Assembly: GCA_034088785.1 (NCBI GenBank)
Contig: JAXDVS010000128.1
Span: 49,709-113,708, forward strand
Length of the DNA stretch: 64,000 bases
From: Treponema sp.
GTDB lineage: Bacteria > Spirochaetota > Spirochaetia > Treponematales > Treponemataceae
Direction: 5' to 3'
Part shown: piece by piece, positions 57,882-64,000 of the stretch
How positions within the stretch are numbered: the stretch's first letter is position 1
How the letters are laid out: each line of letters opens with the position of its first letter
Program-made: the position numbers and the translations under genes
Notes under the pieces: generated by a model
What the model was told of the DNA's origin: nothing
The model's input: the letters and a program-made list of their open reading frames with translations, nothing else
Databases searched by the model: none

Positions 57882-58950
57882 ATTTTTCCTCTAAATATTT
57901 TTTTACTTCATTTGCCGTTGAATAATAAATATTCTCATCTCCATAATCATCAATATTCTTTATAGAAATTGATGTGGAATTAAATAAATTTTCACGAGAA
58001 AAAACACAAATCGGAAAATTCCCACAGAGTTGTAAATAATCTTGATTTTCTAAAACTTGTTCTTTTACTTTTTTTTCAATTCTTTTTATATATGTAAATG
58101 CTTCCATTGCATCAAAATCAATTGAAAGAACATCTTTTTGGGAATATTTTCCCGTTTCAGAACCTGCTACATAAATTTTTAGAAAAGTAAAAAATGTATG
58201 GTTTTTGTTATTTTCATCTTCATAACGTTTTTTTTCCATATTGACTGTGTTCATTAATCGAAAAAACTCAGTTGAATAAATAGTCTTTATTAACTCAAAC
58301 AAAAATTTATAAACACTTTCTATTGAATCTAATATTACAAAAGAGGCATCTCCTTCAGATTTTATATATATACCTTTACTTTGCAATAAATATGCAATTG
58401 ATAGCTCTTTAAAAAACTGTACAACCCCCCTGCATATTTTGTCATGGTATATGGGATTTATTTTTTTTAATTGAGTAGAAGATTTTATATCAGCGAAAAT
58501 TATAAAACTTGATTCTTTTTTTTCATATTTTTTATCAAGTTTTTTTAATAATAAATCAAAACTAACTTTATATAATTTTAAGGATTTGTTTTTATTTTGT
58601 TCTATCTCAGCAGAAGACATAAAAAGATTTTCAATAATCTTATATTCTGAAATATATTCAGATTGCTTGTCCACTTGACACTGGCAATATGGACATTTTT
58701 CATTATAAAAATTTATCAATTTATGGCATTGACTACATTCAATTTCATATGGGCTTATAACGTCATTTTCAACTAACCAAGCAAGAATATCTTTTGCATA
58801 TCCTTTCTGTGTTAATACCGATTTAAACTGAGAAACAGTAAAAATATTATTTGTACCAATGCTTCCAAAAAAATTATCTATAGCGGTTAAATTTTTATCA
58901 GTAAGTGCAGGATATTTTCTAGCAAGATTAAATAATTTGTTTAAATACAT
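57874..58950 (-). CDS. wHTH-like/Zn-ribbon protein fused to a class III nucleotidyl cyclase-like domain
   Basis: CSQC-x10-CPYC ribbon. FIIFADIKSST and YIKSEGDASF carry the two metal-binding Asp 47 aa apart (44 aa in the CHASE2 cyclase of this window), and KRIE aligns with SRLE. Confidence 0.7.
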   Translation of the reverse strand: MYLNKLFNLARKYPALTDKNLTAIDNFFGSIGTNNIFTVSQFKSVLTQKGYAKDILAWLVENDVISPYEIECSQCHKLINFYNEKCPYCQCQVDKQSEYISEYKIIENLFMSSAEIEQNKNKSLKLYKVSFDLLLKKLDKKYEKKESSFIIFADIKSSTQLKKINPIYHDKICRGVVQFFKELSIAYLLQSKGIYIKSEGDASFVILDSIESVYKFLFELIKTIYSTEFFRLMNTVNMEKKRYEDENNKNHTFFTFLKIYVAGSETGKYSQKDVLSIDFDAMEAFTYIKRIEKKVKEQVLENQDYLQLCGNFPICVFSRENLFNSTSISIKNIDDYGDENIYYSTANEVKKYLEEKFD

Positions 58951-59938
58951 CTTGCAACTCCTCCTTTGTTATAGATTCAGAAAATGTAATAATACTACTT
59001 TCAACCACATCAAATCTCATTCTAAAATAAAACACTTTTCCAGTAACATCAGTAAAATAATAAAACTCAAAATTATCATTAGTCAGAGAAAAATCATCAT
59101 CTATCGCTTTCGATAAACCTGCTGTATATAAAATATTTGTATGTAAATCAAAATCGGGATTATTTTCCTTTATTTGTTTTAATGAATATTTTTGTTGAAC
59201 TAAATCTCTTTTTATATCTTCAAAATTAGCCTTTGATTTTTTAAAATTGGCAAAATCAAAACTATTAGCCTTGTTAGAGATAGAATATGCAAGACAATTA
59301 GGCAAATATTTTAATGTATCAATATGCTCAGAAGTTAATAATGATTCAAATTTGACTTGCTTTCCTATTACTGTTTCAAGAAACTCAAATAATTCTTTGT
59401 CATCTTTTCTTTTATCAGAATAATCACCACAGGAATCATAGCCGCATATAATTCTTTTATTTTTAAAATCAAAATTTACAAAAGTAATATAATGAACTTT
59501 GCTTATTTGATATTTTTTAGTTAAAAAATCTTTTTTAATTTCATCTCCTAAAAAAGTATATGACTTACGAATTTGAATTTTTTTTACCAATATAAAATTA
59601 TCTTCAACTCTTTTATATAATTTCTGATTGTCTTGCTCAGGATCAAAACACCTTGTATCCTCAGAAGGAATATTACATATAGAATCTATTAAATTCTTAT
59701 ACTTAATTTGTTCAGAATCAAGCTTAAATAAATAGAAATGTTTTCTACCAGCTTCTTCCAACCTTTTGTAAAAATTCTGAAAATCTATTTCAGCATGAGG
59801 ATTTGCTTCAAAGTATTTAATAAATTTTTCTTTATAATCATCTTTATTTACACCTTTCAATGATTTCAATGAATTTATTTCTATAAATTTATCAAAAGCA
59901 TCTTTTGTCATCTTATTAAATATTATTGAGTAATTCAT
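58928..59938 (-). CDS. Hypothetical protein (336 aa), first gene of the AT-rich defence-like operon
   Basis: Long uninterrupted ORF in very AT-rich DNA, with RBS GGAG. It overlaps the cyclase gene by 23 nt and has no recognisable catalytic motif. Confidence 0.75.
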   Translation of the reverse strand: MNYSIIFNKMTKDAFDKFIEINSLKSLKGVNKDDYKEKFIKYFEANPHAEIDFQNFYKRLEEAGRKHFYLFKLDSEQIKYKNLIDSICNIPSEDTRCFDPEQDNQKLYKRVEDNFILVKKIQIRKSYTFLGDEIKKDFLTKKYQISKVHYITFVNFDFKNKRIICGYDSCGDYSDKRKDDKELFEFLETVIGKQVKFESLLTSEHIDTLKYLPNCLAYSISNKANSFDFANFKKSKANFEDIKRDLVQQKYSLKQIKENNPDFDLHTNILYTAGLSKAIDDDFSLTNDNFEFYYFTDVTGKVFYFRMRFDVVESSIITFSESITKEELQDVFKQII

Positions 59939-60035
59939 TTTTTATCTCCGTCCCTTAGCTTATGATTACATAATCTAATAGGAATAATTTTTCTCTATTA
60001 AATCCATCAATTCTATTCTATAACAATAAAGTACT

Positions 60036-61265
60036 TTATATAATCTCCAGTTGCCCATTCATAAGCAATGGAAGAAGTTTATCACGCAAAGTCGCCAATC
60101 TTAAATTTTCAACTTTTAGATTTGATTGCATTTTTGACAAAGGTTTTACATTTTGTGTGAAAGCCTGAACAATTTCTTCTGACGGAAGAACCACCCGGCT
60201 TTGATTTATATGCTCAGAAGTTATGTGCCCCATTGTTGTTTTTCTAGCTTCCGCTTGTTTTTGAAAATTAACTATGTATCTATCTAATTGCTGATAAACA
60301 TATTCGTTGGAAAAATAGCTTTTGGGCATAACTTTAAAAATATGCTGGTTCAATCCGCCTTTTCCTCCATTCCAAATCATAACTTCTAAAGTTGCAGACC
60401 AGGAAAATAAAATATCTCCGTTATTGATTTTATATTTTTCCGGAATATTGATTGAAACTTGCTCTGTGTCTTTTGTTATGCCTTCATGCATTTCACGAAT
60501 TTTTATGACAGGTAACGATTCTTCATCTTCTTTTGGTCTGAAATTCTGGCAGGCAAGCCCGTTTATATAATCCGCAATTTCATAAAGATTTCCAACTTTC
60601 CACCCTTCCGGGATTTCTCTTTTCAGCTCGGTGTTATATACCATTTTTCCGCCGCTGGACTTGTAGGGCTTGCCGTTTTCATTCGGAAAGTCAAACTGCA
60701 CGAACCAGTAGTCGTAAAGGCGTTTTGCCAGCTGCTCTAAAGTCCTGTTTATCTGCCGGTTGAGTGAAATTTTCTTGTCAATATTTGAAAGAACACTTGC
60801 AATCTTTTGTTGTTCAGAAAAAGGCGGAAAACTTAAATTCAGGTTCGCCAAATCGCTTGGATTTATCGACGGATAAGAAGAAACCTGATTTTGAGCGACA
60901 GTCTGCAAGTAGCTCACGATAAACGGCTGAGTTAGATTGTAGTACAGATAATCAGCGTTAAATTCATTCGGATTTTTTATATCCAGCGTCGCAAAGCCAG
61001 AAGAGACAATCAGGTTTGCGGCAGGATTTTTCATTATTCCAAAATGATTCTGATTCGGTCTTACCGTCGAGAAAATTATCGTGTTGTTTTTTACTTTTCG
61101 CTGCGCCCGGCTTGGTGCTTTTTCCAAGTCGAACCTTTGAAGCTTGCCGATTATGTTTTCCGTTATGTTCGCCGTGTCCAAGTATAAAATCTCATCGATT
61201 TTATCCGAGCTTTTTATGCTTGACGAATTTATTTCCACGATTTCACCCAGCTTATATTTCTTCAT
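60036..61265 (-). CDS. hsdS: Type I RM specificity subunit
   Basis: Two TRDs separated by PPFSEQQKIASVLSNIDKKI...FVQFDFPNENGKPYKSSGG...EIPEGW; ends LRDKLLPLLMNGQ. Confidence 0.95.
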   Translation of the reverse strand: MKKYKLGEIVEINSSSIKSSDKIDEILYLDTANITENIIGKLQRFDLEKAPSRAQRKVKNNTIIFSTVRPNQNHFGIMKNPAANLIVSSGFATLDIKNPNEFNADYLYYNLTQPFIVSYLQTVAQNQVSSYPSINPSDLANLNLSFPPFSEQQKIASVLSNIDKKISLNRQINRTLEQLAKRLYDYWFVQFDFPNENGKPYKSSGGKMVYNTELKREIPEGWKVGNLYEIADYINGLACQNFRPKEDEESLPVIKIREMHEGITKDTEQVSINIPEKYKINNGDILFSWSATLEVMIWNGGKGGLNQHIFKVMPKSYFSNEYVYQQLDRYIVNFQKQAEARKTTMGHITSEHINQSRVVLPSEEIVQAFTQNVKPLSKMQSNLKVENLRLATLRDKLLPLLMNGQLEII

Positions 61266-61293
61266 CTGCATTCTTGTTTCCTGTTTAATTCCG

Positions 61294-62334
61294 CTATTCA
61301 ATCAGTTTTTTTCCGTATTTTTCTTCAAGAAATCTTCTGTTGCGGTCAAGTTCCGCGCCTAGTTCTTCTTCTGTCGGAAGCACGGTTTTGTAGCGGCTTG
61401 CAAAAATCTGACGAGATTCGTTCAAAACGGAATATTTTACGATGCTTTCGTCCTTGTCCGCACAGAAAATAATTCCGATTGTCGGGTTGTCGTCATCGTT
61501 TTTTTTCAGCGAGTCAAACATTCTCACATACATATCCATCTGCCCGATATCCTGATGTTTCAGCCCGCCTTTTTTCAGGTCAATCAGAACAAAACATTTT
61601 AGGATATAATTGTAGAAAACAAGGTCAATGAAAAAATCCTGAGTTTCAGTCTTTACGTGCATCTGCCGTTCAACAAATGAAAACCCTTTCCCCATCTCAA
61701 GCAGAAATTTTTCAAGGTTTGAGATAATCGCATTTTCAATGTCCTTTTCTGAACTGCCAGTTTCAGGCTTTATTCCCAGAAACTCAAGAATATACGGATC
61801 TTTTTCAAGTGATTCATTTTTTAATCCGGCTGTTGATTTTTGCGGAATCTGGTTCTGCACAATCCGCTCAAACATCTGTGTTTTTATGTTTCTTTCAAGC
61901 TCGCGGACTGACCAGTTTCCATGTTTTGCTTCGTTTATGTAGTAATTACGTTTTTCCTCAGAATCAAGCCGCATAATCAGACGCAAGTGAGACCAAGTCA
62001 ATTCGCTACACAGTGTGTAGCAAATCTTTGCTGACGGAAATATCAAATAAAACTGACGGCAATTTTTTAAGTGAGCCTCGGACATTCCGCTTCCGATTTC
62101 CTTGTTCAGCTCTTTTGAAAGTTTCTCAATAATTTTTTCGCCGTAGCCCGCACGTTTTTCACCTTTCTGCTCCTGCTCAACAATCCTGAATCCAACAAGC
62201 CAGTACGCCTGTATCATTACAGAATTTACAGACTTGTAGCTTTGCTTCCGGGCAGATTTTAAAATATCCTTTACGTCTTTTATATAATCATCTGAAAACT
62301 GCGAGTTGCTTAGATTGATAATTTCACTTTCCAT
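61294..62334 (-). CDS. DUF1016/YhcG-family PD-(D/E)XK nuclease
   Basis: Motifs YWLVGFRI, LTWSH, WSVRELER, KDPYILEFLG, FIDLVFYN, IDLK, GQMDMYV and PTIGIIFC. Confidence 0.93.
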   Translation of the reverse strand: MESEIINLSNSQFSDDYIKDVKDILKSARKQSYKSVNSVMIQAYWLVGFRIVEQEQKGEKRAGYGEKIIEKLSKELNKEIGSGMSEAHLKNCRQFYLIFPSAKICYTLCSELTWSHLRLIMRLDSEEKRNYYINEAKHGNWSVRELERNIKTQMFERIVQNQIPQKSTAGLKNESLEKDPYILEFLGIKPETGSSEKDIENAIISNLEKFLLEMGKGFSFVERQMHVKTETQDFFIDLVFYNYILKCFVLIDLKKGGLKHQDIGQMDMYVRMFDSLKKNDDDNPTIGIIFCADKDESIVKYSVLNESRQIFASRYKTVLPTEEELGAELDRNRRFLEEKYGKKLIE

Positions 62335-62368
62335 ACTTTTCTCCCAGATTGTGTTTTTTCACTTGCGT

Positions 62369-63364
62369 TTATTTAGTTCCGCAATCATTAAACCTCAAGC
62401 TTTTCAGCTGATTCTGAATTTCTTCCTCCAGCTTACGGCTTTCTTTGAACATTGCGGAAAGTTCCTCTGTGTCGGCTTTTATCCGCGCGTTGAATTCTTC
62501 CACCGTAATATCAACGTATTCAATCTTGATGTCAAAATACTGACCCGCGCTAAGAACATAGCCTTTTTCAATGATTTCATCATAGGTAACGGCAACGCTG
62601 AAATCTTCCACGGCTTCTTTTTTAAGGAATGTTTCAACAATCTTGTCAATTTCAAAGTCCCGCAGGCGGCGTTTCTGGTTGCTGCCTTCCCTGTATTCCT
62701 CGCCGAGTTTTGAGGCGTCGATTAAAATAACTTTCGCGTTTTCATTTTTTTTGGACTTGTCAAAGAAAACAACGGAGACATTTGTTCCTGTTGTGGCAAA
62801 AACATTGCTCGGCATGCTCACTACGCCGCTTACAATCTTCTCATCCACGATTTTTTTAAGAATTTTGTTTTCAATTCCGCTTTTTGCAGTTATGAATCCC
62901 GTTGGAACTACGATTGCGCCTTTTCCGGAATCTTTCAGGGAATTTATAACGTGCTGAATAAAGCAGGTGTAAATCGCCATGCTTTCTTTTTTCTTTGCAG
63001 GCACATTCGGAACTTCTGCCCAGAATCTTTGCGTCTGCAAAGCGATTTTTTCTCTTGTGTCGCTAAAATCCATCTTGAACGGCGGATTGGAAACAACATA
63101 ATCAAATTTGCGCAGGCTGCTTCCGTCATCGCTCTTATGATAAGGATTTACAAGCGTGTCGCCCTGAATCGCCTTGTCCAAAGAAAGCACGAGGTTGTTC
63201 AAAAGAAGATTGAGCTTTAGCATTTTGTTTGAACGCTGGCTGATGTTCTGAGCATAAATGGTGCACTTGTCCTCGCCCACCTGATGAGCCAGAGCCATAA
63301 GCAAAGTTCCTGTTCCTGCGCTCGGGTCGTAACATTCAATGTTATGAAGGTCTTTTGCATTTCC
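62369..63364 (-). pseudogene. hsdM: 5'-truncated type I methyltransferase subunit
   Basis: It retains motif I (CYDPSAGTGTLL) and motif IV (SNPPF). Homology begins at about 63364, only 30 nt after the REase stop, and an in-frame stop lies at 63401-63403. There is no N-terminal domain and no usable start upstream of motif I. Confidence 0.85.
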
Positions 63365-63393
63365 TATTTTTAGTTTTTTCTTTTCTAAAGCAA

Positions 63394-63999
63394 TTATCCT
63401 TTATGCGGTCCTAAAAACTTGTCGCCGTTAAAATGAATCATGTGGCTTGGATTATCTGAAATCCAAGCCTCTGTTTCCCAAGCTATGTCTTGCGCAAATC
63501 GTGTGAAAGTCTTTTTGTCAGGAAAAGCGGAAATATAAACCTTGTCGGCGGTTACAGATGAAAAAAGTTCTTCAAGTTCAATATAGCGTTTTGAATCAAC
63601 AGGACCATGACTCGTCACCGATTCCACAAGAACAAGCCAATTTTTGCTTTCAACATACAAAATAACATCTGGCATTTTTCCGTGCTGCTGAACATTGAAC
63701 AAGAGTTTTCCCGCAAGTTCCTGATCATAGTAGCCCCATTTTTCACCGGTGTCACCGATATAAACAAGCGTACTTTCCGGCAAAAAACGCGGTGCCATCT
63801 GTTCTATAATGTCGCGGATAAGCTCGCTGTGTTTGCCAGGCGAAATTTGAACAGAATGATTTTCACGGATTTTTACGCTAACCATATTCATTTCACGTTC
63901 GTGCGCGTATTGTTCTGCAAGTGATTTTTGATTTTCGTGAAATTGTTTTAACAAGCTTTCAAAATCATCTGTTTTATACGACTTTATAACTTTTAGTGC
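63394..63999 (-). CDS. BsuBI/PstI-family type II restriction endonuclease, C-terminal part (runs off the window)
   Basis: Motifs HGKMPDVILY, LVESVTSHGPVD, IAWETEAW and HMIHFNGDKFLGP. The frame is open to the window end. Confidence 0.92.
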   Translation of the reverse strand, partial: ALKVIKSYKTDDFESLLKQFHENQKSLAEQYAHEREMNMVSVKIRENHSVQISPGKHSELIRDIIEQMAPRFLPESTLVYIGDTGEKWGYYDQELAGKLLFNVQQHGKMPDVILYVESKNWLVLVESVTSHGPVDSKRYIELEELFSSVTADKVYISAFPDKKTFTRFAQDIAWETEAWISDNPSHMIHFNGDKFLGPHKG

Positions 64000-64000
64000 A

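Noticed and set aside
57874-58950. Calling the island cyclase a standard Pycsar or CBASS system
   Set aside because: There is no adjacent cNMP-binding TM/TIR effector, no CD-NTase or SAVED motif, and the cyclase has an extra Zn-ribbon N-terminus. It is kept as an unassigned candidate.

Overview
This is a 64-kb chromosomal segment of a gut or rumen Treponema-like spirochaete. The assignment is inferred from spirochaete-type lipoproteins, an MCP, a type III GlnA, PFOR, and LysM and DUF4469 proteins. About 1-52.5 kb is mostly housekeeping DNA: dnaX-ybaB-recR, a GGDEF protein, purD, glnA, a HisA-HisI-HisE fusion, a pectin-use cluster with a PL9 lyase, GH3, a fused ECF transporter, slyD, an MCP, aroK, an antiporter, an SH3/M48/CHASE2-adenylate cyclase operon, an SLT, LysM, MATE and nifJ. 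It also holds tRNA-Cys and tRNA-fMet, which are absent from the ORF track. Intergenic DNA is dense with palindromic REP-like repeats, GGA-loop hairpin modules and 22-bp phased arrays. Three accessory inserts stand out. (1) At 9.9-12.5 kb, a frameshifted HTH-TPR (RRNPP-like) regulator precedes two lipoprotein-anchored, acidic-pro-region precursors with cationic cores and a candidate immunity gene. (2) At 33.4-34.5 kb, a three-gene DUF4160 cassette lies between two hsdS 3'-end remnants next to tRNA-fMet. (3) At about 52.7-64 kb is a defence island: orphan AAA ATPase, frameshifted vapC with its antitoxin, KAP NTPase, hsdS, DUF1016, 5'-truncated hsdM and a BsuBI/PstI-type REase. Its core is a very AT-rich operon encoding an unknown 336-aa protein, a wHTH/Zn-ribbon protein fused to a class III nucleotidyl-cyclase domain, and the KAP NTPase. 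This operon is the best candidate for an undescribed nucleotide-signalling anti-phage system. No rRNA, CRISPR array, integrase or transposase was found. All family assignments come from recognising motifs by eye; no database search was run.
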